The notes under the pieces: generated by a model
The model's input: only the letters and a program-made list of their open reading frames with translations
What the model was told of the DNA's origin: nothing
Databases searched by the model: none
NCBI GenBank assembly: GCA_017436645.1
Contig: JAFSCR010000031.1
Span: 1,594 to 65,593 of the forward strand
Reading direction: 5' to 3'
DNA length: 64,000 nucleotides
Source of the DNA: Clostridia bacterium
Lineage (GTDB): Bacteria > Bacillota > Clostridia > UMGS1883 > UMGS1540
Position numbers and translations under genes: made by a program
Shown here: positions 57,016 through 64,000 of the stretch, piece after piece
How positions within the stretch are numbered: position 1 is the stretch's first letter
How the letters are laid out: every line of letters starts with the position of its first letter

Positions 57016-58380
57016 CTATTTTAAATGGGATAATGCCTCCCGAACCGAGCTTGCGGCTATGAGGCGAACGTCCTTTTCGGGACTTCGGACAGCTTTTGCA
57101 TTTTCCTTCGGGAGAACAATGGTGCGAAAGCCCATGCGAACAGATTCAGCCACACGTTTCTCGGCAAAATTAATGGAACGAAGCTCACCTGTAAGGCCAA
57201 TTTCACCGAGGAACACCATGTCCTTTGGAATCGTTATACCTTTTGCACTTGACACAATTGCGGCAGCGAGAGAAAGGTCTGCAGCCGTTTCATCGATTCG
57301 AAGTCCGCCGATTACGTTGACATATACGTCCTGATTTTGCAAATTCATGCCAACACGTTTTTCTAAAACGGCAATTATCAGATTCATTCGCCCCTGATCA
57401 ATGCCGGATGCCATACGTCTCGGAATCCCGAATCCGCTTGGAGAAACGAGAGCCTGTACTTCTGCGAGAAGGGGACGTGAGCCTTCCAGAGAACAAAGAA
57501 CCGCAGAACCCGGTGCATCTTCAGGCCGTTCGGATAAAAGCATTGCAGAAGGGTTTTCTACTTCCGTAAGTCCCCGGTCACTCATATCAAATACGCCGAT
57601 TTCGTTTGTGGATCCGAAACGATTTTTAACGGCACGGAGAATGCGGTAAGACTGATGCCTGTCGCCTTCAAAATATAAGACGCAGTCTACCATATGTTCC
57701 AGCACTCTCGGGCCTGCAATGTTCCCGTCCTTTGTAACGTGGCCTACAAGAAATACGGCCGTGCCTGTTTCTTTTGCAAATCGCATAAGCCTTAGTGTAA
57801 CTTCACGAACCTGGCTTACGCTGCCGCTTGCACTCTGAATGGAAGGCGTAAACATAGTCTGTACAGAGTCTACGATGAGGACTTTGGGCGTAAGCGTTTT
57901 AATATGTGTAAGGGCCGCATCCAGATTTGTTTCGCTTAAGATATAAAGAGAATCGGGGTGAATCGAGAGGCGATCAGCACGTAATTTCAATTGACGTTCG
58001 GATTCTTCGCCGGAAATATAAAGAATGTTTCCGTAGGAAGAAAGGGAGGCGCAAATCTGCAAGAGAAGTGTGGATTTACCAATACCCGGTTCACCACCGA
58101 CTAAAACAAGGGAACCTGTAACAAGACCGCCGCCAAGCACGAGATCCAGTTCTCCAATTCCTGTCATAAGGCGAGCACCTTCCGCATCGGGATTAATTGC
58201 ATCGATGGAAACAGGGGATGAGGAAGAAGTGAAAAGGGGTTCCCCTTTGATGCTTTCGCTGATGGTTTCTTCTAAAAACGTATTCCAGTTTTCGCAGCCC
58301 GGGCATTTGCCGAGCCATTTTTGGGATGTGTAACCGCACTCCTGACAAACAAAATTCGTTTTTACTTTCATTTCAATCAC
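57016..58380 (-). CDS. radA: DNA repair protein RadA (Sms)
   Basis: N-terminal C4 zinc finger (CQECGYTSQKWLGKCPGC), Walker A GGEPGIGKST, KNRFG motif, Lon-like C-terminal domain. Confidence 0.9.
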   Translation of the reverse strand: MIEMKVKTNFVCQECGYTSQKWLGKCPGCENWNTFLEETISESIKGEPLFTSSSSPVSIDAINPDAEGARLMTGIGELDLVLGGGLVTGSLVLVGGEPGIGKSTLLLQICASLSSYGNILYISGEESERQLKLRADRLSIHPDSLYILSETNLDAALTHIKTLTPKVLIVDSVQTMFTPSIQSASGSVSQVREVTLRLMRFAKETGTAVFLVGHVTKDGNIAGPRVLEHMVDCVLYFEGDRHQSYRILRAVKNRFGSTNEIGVFDMSDRGLTEVENPSAMLLSERPEDAPGSAVLCSLEGSRPLLAEVQALVSPSGFGIPRRMASGIDQGRMNLIIAVLEKRVGMNLQNQDVYVNVIGGLRIDETAADLSLAAAIVSSAKGITIPKDMVFLGEIGLTGELRSINFAEKRVAESVRMGFRTIVLPKENAKAVRSPEKDVRLIAASSVREALSHLK

Positions 58381-58461
58381 TCAATCTTTTTATAGTCAAT
58401 CTGTATTTTTATTATAGCATAATCAAAAATATAAAAGCAACTCTTTTCGAAAAATAGCCGG

Positions 58462-58490
58462 TTGCTTTTTCCAATTGTCTGTGCTATACT
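58462..58490 (+). promoter_or_regulatory. Sigma-A-like promoter TTGCTT-17-TATACT
   Basis: Hexamers and spacing read directly. ATG at 58510 with RBS GAGGTGA. Confidence 0.45.
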
Positions 58491-58509
58491 TAGGCGTGAG
58501 GTGAATGAT

Positions 58510-58866
58510 ATGCAGCTAATGATAATTGTTTTAAATAAAACGGAAGTGCTTGGGCGCCTTCTTTCTGCATTTATGGAAGCAGGCATTGGCGGTGCCACGG
58601 TTGCAGAAACAAAAGGTATGCTGAATGCTCTGGACGAATCGACAGATGATTTGCCGCCGCTTTTTCATTCCTTTCGCTCTTTTTTGCGGCTGGATGAAGC
58701 GTATAACAAGACGATTTTTGCAGTAATTTCTGATGACCTTGTAAAGGAAGCCTCCAGAATTGTCAATGAGGTAACAGGTGGACTTGATAAGCCAAATACC
58801 GGGATTTTATTTACTGTTCCCATATCATACACGGAAGGATTACCGAAAAAAACAACGAATCAATGA
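58510..58866 (+). CDS. PII-like (GlnB superfamily) small protein, DarA/PstA-like
   Basis: Double beta-alpha-beta pattern MQLMIIVLNKTEVLGRLLSAFMEAGIGGATVAETKG … TIFAVISDDLVKEASRIV … GILFTVPI resembles PII-fold cyclic-dinucleotide receptors (DUF970). Remote similarity only. Confidence 0.4.
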   Translation: MQLMIIVLNKTEVLGRLLSAFMEAGIGGATVAETKGMLNALDESTDDLPPLFHSFRSFLRLDEAYNKTIFAVISDDLVKEASRIVNEVTGGLDKPNTGILFTVPISYTEGLPKKTTNQ

Positions 58867-58918
58867 TTCGTTGTTTTTTTGTATAAAGAGAAATAAATTA
58901 GCAAAACTAACTTTGGTG

Positions 58919-59101
58919 ATGCTTTTGAAAAAAGAAACTTTTTATGTTCTGATTACGGTCCTATTTTTACTGTTATTTGTGATTCGATTTTATGTTAAAT
59001 CCGAAAACGGTAAGGAAGAGCGAACCGGAACAGTATTCGTAAAGGAGAGCTTATATGCAGAAAAAAGAATATGGGAAAATGGTAAAAAAACAAACGCCTG
59101 A
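58919..59101 (+). CDS. Small single-TM membrane protein (hypothetical), immediately upstream of and overlapping spoVAC
   Basis: 60-aa ORF (ORF-track codon 48 onward) with a hydrophobic helix, VLITVLFLLLFVIRFYV. Coding status uncertain. Confidence 0.3.
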   Translation: MLLKKETFYVLITVLFLLLFVIRFYVKSENGKEERTGTVFVKESLYAEKRIWENGKKTNA

Positions 59102-59489
59102 TTCACCGACATGGAAAAATATGCTTTGGGCGTTTTTTGTAGGCGGTGCAATTTGCACCTTGGGGCAACTTCTCAATACGTTTTTTGAAGGAAGAGGCAT
59201 GGAAGCGGAGCTTGTCCCTGCGGCAGTCAGTATCAGCCTTATATTCCTGAGCATTCTTCTTACCTCTTTTGATGTTTACGACGGCATCGCAAAACATGCA
59301 GGCGCAGGCACCATTGTGCCGATTACGGGTTTTGCCAACGCTGTGGCATCTCCGGCAATTGAATTTAAAACGGAAGGATATATTCTGGGCGTTGGAGCTA
59401 AAATGTTTACGGTTGCAGGCCCTGTTATCACCTATGGCGTGGTTTCCTCCGTTTTGGCAGGCATAGTATATTATCTTTTTTTGATGTAG
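59055..59489 (+). CDS. spoVAC: Stage V sporulation protein AC
   Basis: SpoVAC/SpoVAEB family membrane protein (…GAGTIVPITGFANAVASPAIEFKTEGYILGVGAKMF…). RBS AAGGAG. Confidence 0.85.
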   Translation: MQKKEYGKMVKKQTPDSPTWKNMLWAFFVGGAICTLGQLLNTFFEGRGMEAELVPAAVSISLIFLSILLTSFDVYDGIAKHAGAGTIVPITGFANAVASPAIEFKTEGYILGVGAKMFTVAGPVITYGVVSSVLAGIVYYLFLM

Positions 59490-59498
59490 GAGGAAAAA

Positions 59499-60512
59499 GT
59501 GGAAAAATTAAAACGTCTTGGCGGGCAGACCGTTGAATTTACATCTTTCCCGACCGTTATCGGATATGCAGCTGTCGTCGGCCCGAAGGAAGCGGAAGGG
59601 CCGCTCGGGAAGTGGTTTACAGAAACAGAAGAGGACCCCATGCTTGGGCAGGAAAGCTGGGAAAAAGCAGAAAGTGCGCTTTTTGCGAAAGCAGTAAACA
59701 GCTGTCTTAAAAAAAGCAAGCTTACGCCTGAGTCGGTAAACTTTATTGTTGCGGGAGATTTACTGAATCAGTGCACGGCTTCAAGCTTTGGTCTTCGGGA
59801 TCTGGGGGTGCCGTATCTCGGCATTTATGGCGCCTGTTCAACAATGGCGGAAGGGCTTTCTGTTTCTGCTATGCTTGTTGACGGCGGCTATGCAGGGCAT
59901 GTGATTGCAACCGCAGGAAGTCATTTTTGCTCTGCCGAAAAACAGTACCGTTTTCCGCTTGAATATGGCGGACAACGCCCGCCCGGCGCACAATGGACCG
60001 TTACAGGGTGTGGTGCCGTCTCGCTTGGGTACGGCGGCAACATTAAAATTACCCACGCCACCACGGGACGGATTGCCGATATGGGCGTCAAGGATGCAAA
60101 TAATATGGGTGCAGCCATGGCTCCTGCGTTTGTTTCGACATTGCTTGCACATTTTCAGGATACCGGAAAAACACCGAAGGACTATGATCTGATTGTATCA
60201 GGAGATCTTGGAAGCATTGGCCATGCCCTCGCAGTGGAACTTCTCAAAAAAGAAGGCGTAACTTTAGGCGATAATTATAAAGACTGCGGCATGCTGATTT
60301 TTGACAGTCAAACCCAGGACACCCATGCAGGCGGCAGCGGATGCGGTTGCAGTGCATCGGTTCTTTGCGGATACCTTCTGCCGCAAATGGAAACTAAAAA
60401 AATAAACCGGCTGCTGTTTGTAGCAACCGGCGCATTATTATCTCCCACAACAACGCTGCAGGGGGAAAGTATACCCTCTATCGCACACGCTGTTTCTTTT
60501 GAGACTTTATAG
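59499..60512 (+). CDS. spoVAD: Stage V sporulation protein AD
   Basis: Thiolase-like SpoVAD fold, 337 aa. Follows spoVAC. Confidence 0.85.
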   Translation: MEKLKRLGGQTVEFTSFPTVIGYAAVVGPKEAEGPLGKWFTETEEDPMLGQESWEKAESALFAKAVNSCLKKSKLTPESVNFIVAGDLLNQCTASSFGLRDLGVPYLGIYGACSTMAEGLSVSAMLVDGGYAGHVIATAGSHFCSAEKQYRFPLEYGGQRPPGAQWTVTGCGAVSLGYGGNIKITHATTGRIADMGVKDANNMGAAMAPAFVSTLLAHFQDTGKTPKDYDLIVSGDLGSIGHALAVELLKKEGVTLGDNYKDCGMLIFDSQTQDTHAGGSGCGCSASVLCGYLLPQMETKKINRLLFVATGALLSPTTTLQGESIPSIAHAVSFETL

Positions 60513-61407
60513 TAAACATGGTGTCGTACCCGATAAAATAAATGAGAAACAGGACAGAAAGCGCAATAAATATAATACCCATAAAAACATTTGTTCCGGA
60601 TAAAAGCATTAAAAAGCCACGTAAGATACAAACGCAAATCAGCGTGCGGCTTAACAGAAGACCGAGGCTTGTACGTGCAAGAAACTGATGCCAGGAAAGG
60701 CTTATAACCATAGCGTATACTGCTGCACAAATGACATTAATAACAATAAAAGGTGTATTTGATGCCGCAACGCTTGTTCCAACGCTTATAACAAGAAGTG
60801 AGATGGATTCAATCGCCAAAGCGGGCAAAAGAAAATATGCATAGAGGAGATAGAGGAAACGTGCCAGGCGGCTATCCGTTTTCATAATAAACTCTTCATG
60901 AGCGGAAGGTGTAATTTCATCTTCCGTTTTCTGCATGTCCGCATCTTCCGTTTCTTCGGTTTTTTCCGCTTCTTCCACTTCTGATGGCGTGGCGGTTTCT
61001 GAATTTTCTTCCGTTTCAGCCAAAACAGGGGGTTGCACCTCTTCTGTATCAGCCACAACTTCGGAAGAGAGCAAAGGTGCAGGGTCATCTGCCACAGGCG
61101 TTTCCGAAACGGTTTCAATTATAGGCGCAGAAACAGAAATTTCTTCCGCAATATCCATAATAGGTTCTTCAGGAAGTTCTGCAGCCGGAGTCAGGATTTC
61201 AGCTTCATCGGGAACGGATTCTGTAAAAGCATCCGTTTCCGGTTCTTCTTCCGTTTCAATTTCAGGATTTGCACAGCCAAGCTTTTCCATGAAAGCCATT
61301 CTTGCAGCCCGAAGGTCTTCTTTTGTATATTCTTTCCCCGGACGCATAGAAACAATAGGGGTCAGTTCATCCAACGTCATTTTGTCAAAGTCGGATTTTA
61401 AGGGCAT
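60478..61407 (-). CDS. Hypothetical protein: short N-terminal domain, about 130-aa acidic E/T/P-rich low-complexity linker, C-terminal 4-TM membrane domain
   Basis: Composition read from the translation. Start set at MPLK with RBS GGAGGTG 6 nt upstream. Overlaps the spoVAD 3' end by 35 nt, convergently. Confidence 0.5.
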   Translation of the reverse strand: MPLKSDFDKMTLDELTPIVSMRPGKEYTKEDLRAARMAFMEKLGCANPEIETEEEPETDAFTESVPDEAEILTPAAELPEEPIMDIAEEISVSAPIIETVSETPVADDPAPLLSSEVVADTEEVQPPVLAETEENSETATPSEVEEAEKTEETEDADMQKTEDEITPSAHEEFIMKTDSRLARFLYLLYAYFLLPALAIESISLLVISVGTSVAASNTPFIVINVICAAVYAMVISLSWHQFLARTSLGLLLSRTLICVCILRGFLMLLSGTNVFMGIIFIALSVLFLIYFIGYDTMFTIKSQKKQRVR

Positions 61408-61492
61408 TTTGCACACCTCCGCATACGTTCTGTAACACTATATATGATAGCAAAACTGCAGGATTTTGTCAAGAAAAAGGTGGTAAAAAAAG

Positions 61493-61522
61493 GCAAAAAA
61501 CCCTTTTTTATAAGGGTTTTGG
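61493..61522 (-). terminator. Terminator hairpin (AACCCTT/AAGGGTT plus T6) overlapping the last codons of the histidine phosphatase gene
   Basis: Inverted repeat followed by TTTTTT on the minus strand. Confidence 0.5.
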
Positions 61523-62245
61523 CGGAAAAACAGGAGATAAGCAATTTTTAAGGCCTGAGGTGGAGGCTGGTTCGCCGCCCATGTAGAGATGAGAAATATC
61601 ACCAATCCCTGCAAAATGTGCAAGGGCAATGTTGCTTTCCGGCGTGTGCGATTCCATGTAAATGGTTGTGACAGACGTCGGCGGCAAAAACATAATGTGC
61701 CACCAAAGGGGCGTAGGAATGCCGGCAATATGGGAAAGAATCACATTTCCAAGTCCCATATGGCAAAAAAGAGCAATCGTTTCATCGCTTTTTTCATAGC
61801 CGGGGCGTATCTCAAATAAACGGCCGTTGTGCCGGTACCCGTGAGAAAGTATAAGCGCATCCAGCTCTTGTTCTATGTTTTTTATGATTTCTTCAAGCGG
61901 CGAATCGGCATAGAGCGGGTGCTGAACCCATTTTTCTTTGTCTGTTATTTTTTCGTTCTTCGACCATATTTCGGGATAAATATCCCATGGAGATACGGAT
62001 TTATCACCGATTTTATAGTGGAGATGTATTTCTTCAAGCCACGGAAGCGTAATAATTTCTTTCCCGATTTTCCGAGCAGTAGGCAGGGCGGTGTCCTGTG
62101 CACGGCCTAATGGGGAACAGTAGATTTTATCAATATTTTCTTTTGCAAGACGTTCACTTAAAAGCTCGGCTTCTCGTTTTCCTTTTTCCGTAACCGTATC
62201 GTTTACGTAATCCGGATCACCATGGCGTATTAAAAGAATTCGCAT
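61508..62245 (-). CDS. Histidine phosphatase family protein (phosphoglycerate mutase-like)
   Basis: RHG motif (LLIRHGDPDY), conserved His later in the sequence. Confidence 0.75.
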   Translation of the reverse strand: MRILLIRHGDPDYVNDTVTEKGKREAELLSERLAKENIDKIYCSPLGRAQDTALPTARKIGKEIITLPWLEEIHLHYKIGDKSVSPWDIYPEIWSKNEKITDKEKWVQHPLYADSPLEEIIKNIEQELDALILSHGYRHNGRLFEIRPGYEKSDETIALFCHMGLGNVILSHIAGIPTPLWWHIMFLPPTSVTTIYMESHTPESNIALAHFAGIGDISHLYMGGEPASTSGLKNCLSPVFPPKPL

Positions 62246-62246
62246 T

Positions 62247-63143
62247 TTATTTATTTCCTCCCTTGGCAGCCCCTCTGTATCTGGCAGGGGTTGTGCCGGT
62301 TAGTTTCTTAAAGCAACTGTAAAAGAACTTCATATCACCGAATCCGCAGGCGTTGGCAATATCATTAACGGTACGATCCGTAGTTGTAAGTAGTCGGCAG
62401 GACTCCTCAATTCTGATTTTTTGCAGAAAGGTGGAAACGGAAACGCCCGTGGTGTCTTTAAATAAATGACCGAAATAGTCTTTACTTAAAAATGTACGTG
62501 CGGCAAGGTCACCGATGGAAATGGGAGAGTCAAAATTTTCTTTCAGATATTCAACGGCACGAAGCACAAGCCGGCGTTGCTTATCGGAAATATGCCGGTT
62601 CTCACTTTTATCAAGCTGACGGAAAAGCTTTATAATAAGCTCTACGCCATATGCACGGATTAAATCAATATAACCTTTATCTTTTTGATTGTATTCTGTA
62701 TAAATTTTATCAAACAGGGCTGCAAATTCCACGCTTTGAGAGGGGGAGAGCTGCAGGTCTGACCCGAGTGGTCTTTCTTCGGGAAAAAGTGAATAAAAAA
62801 GAAAGGAAGTGGATAAGGATTCAAAGCTTGCACCGCCTATGTCAGCTGTATCAAAAAAACCGGGTTTAAACATAAAGTCATAGGCTGAAAAGCCGTCACC
62901 ACGGGAGCGAAACATATGGGGCGTGTCATAGTTTATAATTATAACGTCCCCTTTTTTAACGCCGTAGCGATTTTCGCCTACGATGTGCTCGGCTTCTCCG
63001 GAAAGGACATAAACGATTTCAATAAAATGATGCTTGTGCATTACGCCTATAAACTTTGGAAACTGCTCGGAACGTTGGATATATACGGATTCGCCCGGGC
63101 GGAAAAACTCTTCACCGCTAAAAACCTTGATTTCGCTTTCCAT
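62247..63143 (-). CDS. AraC family transcriptional regulator (cupin + HTH)
   Basis: C-terminal AraC HTH (…VNDIANACGFGDMKFFYSCFKKLTGTTPARY). Confidence 0.8.
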   Translation of the reverse strand: MESEIKVFSGEEFFRPGESVYIQRSEQFPKFIGVMHKHHFIEIVYVLSGEAEHIVGENRYGVKKGDVIIINYDTPHMFRSRGDGFSAYDFMFKPGFFDTADIGGASFESLSTSFLFYSLFPEERPLGSDLQLSPSQSVEFAALFDKIYTEYNQKDKGYIDLIRAYGVELIIKLFRQLDKSENRHISDKQRRLVLRAVEYLKENFDSPISIGDLAARTFLSKDYFGHLFKDTTGVSVSTFLQKIRIEESCRLLTTTDRTVNDIANACGFGDMKFFYSCFKKLTGTTPARYRGAAKGGNK

Positions 63144-63243
63144 GCTTTCACCTTACCTCAAAAGAAGATAATTTAGGTTCATTTTACAGGGTTTTGCCTA
63201 TAAAGTCAAGCACTTTTCCCTTAAAACCGAATCATTTCAAATC

Positions 63244-63272
63244 TTGACAGCCGCTCCAAAATCATATATAAT
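63244..63272 (+). promoter_or_regulatory. Sigma-A promoter TTGACA-17-TATAAT upstream of ftsY
   Basis: Perfect consensus hexamers. GAGGGA RBS and the ATG follow about 25 nt downstream. Confidence 0.6.
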
Positions 63273-63297
63273 ATAGCGCAGAAAGCGAGGGACAACC

Positions 63298-64000
63298 ATG
63301 GAACAGGAAAAACGCGGCTTTTTTTCAAAACTGAAATCGGGTCTTTCTAAAACAAGAGAGTCCATTTCAAGACATGTGGATGAAGTGTTTAAAGCATTTG
63401 TCAAGGTAGACGAAGAGTTATTTGAAGAACTACTAGATGCTTTGGTACTTGCAGATATGGGCGCAGAAACGGCAATGGACATTGTGGATACGCTTCGTGA
63501 CCGTGTAAAATCCAAACGAATTACGGACGGGGAGGAAGTTCGGAAGGAACTGACGCTTCTGATTTCCGAAATGCTTTCGGAAGAAACAACGGAAATGGAT
63601 TTAAGCGGTACTCCTGCTGTTATTTTTGTTATCGGTGTAAACGGCGTGGGGAAAACAACCACAATCGGAAAAATTTCCGCCCAGCTTAAAGCAAGGGGAA
63701 AAAACGTACTGCTTGCGGCGGGAGATACGTTTCGTGCAGCGGCCATACAGCAGCTTGAGGTGTGGGCAGAGAGAACGGCGTGCGATATCGTAAAAGGCAG
63801 TGAAGGGGCTGACCCTGCATCTGTTTTGTATGACGCTTGTATGGCGGCGAAAAAACGTGGTGCTGATGTTCTTATATGCGATACGGCAGGCAGACTCCAT
63901 AATAAGAAAAACTTAATGGACGAGCTGGCTAAAATGTACCGCGTCATTGACAGAGAACTTCCCGGTGCATCGAAAGAATGCCTTCTTGTATTGGATGCAA
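63298..64000 (+). CDS. ftsY: Signal recognition particle receptor FtsY, 3'-partial (runs off window)
   Basis: Not in the ORF track because there is no stop codon within the window. Translation MEQEKRGFFSKLKSGLSKTRE…VIFVIGVNGVGKTTTIGKI…DTAGR matches FtsY N-domain and G-domain motifs. Confidence 0.85.
   Translation, partial: MEQEKRGFFSKLKSGLSKTRESISRHVDEVFKAFVKVDEELFEELLDALVLADMGAETAMDIVDTLRDRVKSKRITDGEEVRKELTLLISEMLSEETTEMDLSGTPAVIFVIGVNGVGKTTTIGKISAQLKARGKNVLLAAGDTFRAAAIQQLEVWAERTACDIVKGSEGADPASVLYDACMAAKKRGADVLICDTAGRLHNKKNLMDELAKMYRVIDRELPGASKECLLVLDA

Noticed and set aside
60880-61200. Short-period nucleotide repeats (ttcc/cttc-rich) that could be mistaken for a tandem-repeat or CRISPR-like array
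   Set aside because: The repeats are irregular and are the codon-level reflection of an E/T/P-rich low-complexity protein segment inside a single long ORF. There are no spacer-repeat units.
1-64000. tRNA, rRNA, CRISPR arrays, IS elements, integrases, prophage genes
   Set aside because: No transposase, integrase or recombinase homologs were found among the translations. No long rRNA-like non-coding stretches exist, since the largest intergenic gaps are under 200 bp. No regularly spaced direct repeats were seen. Intergenic regions are explained by promoters and terminators. A tRNA cannot be excluded with absolute certainty without tRNAscan, but no gap is free of promoter or terminator features and also long enough.

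Overview
This 64-kb window is a chromosomal segment from a low-GC, spore-forming Firmicute, most likely a Clostridia-class anaerobe. The evidence is SpoIIID, SpoVAC/SpoVAD, SLH-anchored surface proteins, AGGAGG-type ribosome-binding sites and many TTGACA-17-TATAAT promoters. Coding density is about 90% on both strands. I found no rRNA, tRNA, CRISPR array, transposase or integrase.

The window is mostly housekeeping genes: secA, prfB, trxB, nifS-thiI, a four-subunit 2-oxoacid:ferredoxin oxidoreductase, queA, tgt, ilvE, murD, rplS-lepB-rbgA, feoAB, tcdA, radA, and ftsY (partial, runs off the 3' end). Several accessory modules are interleaved with these:
- a tandem pair of ~1035-aa SLH-anchored proteins that look like glycoside hydrolases, each with two CBM-like domains, flanked by a Gfo/Idh/MocA oxidoreductase and a beta-lactamase-fold serine hydrolase;
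- a ~6.7-kb insert splitting the normally adjacent queA and tgt, carrying a NahK/AmgK-family anomeric N-acetylhexosamine 1-kinase, a ROK kinase, NagA, an AraC regulator and an AT-rich sub-island;
- three tandem M42 peptidase paralogs, one of which has lost its metal-binding and catalytic residues;
- a KDPG aldolase fused to a C-terminal VOC/glyoxalase-like domain, next to KdgK;
- a WYL-domain regulator directly downstream of radA, with a PII-like protein diverging from it;
- four AraC regulators and two Gfo/Idh/MocA paralogs.

No large canonical defence or mobile system is evident. The most unusual items are the insert between queA and tgt, the degenerate M42 paralog, the Eda-VOC fusion, the radA-WYL pairing and the concerted SLH tandem pair. 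All calls come from reading the sequence and the supplied ORF translations, with no database search. Start codons I moved away from the ORF-track coordinates were placed by ribosome-binding-site or promoter context and are approximate.
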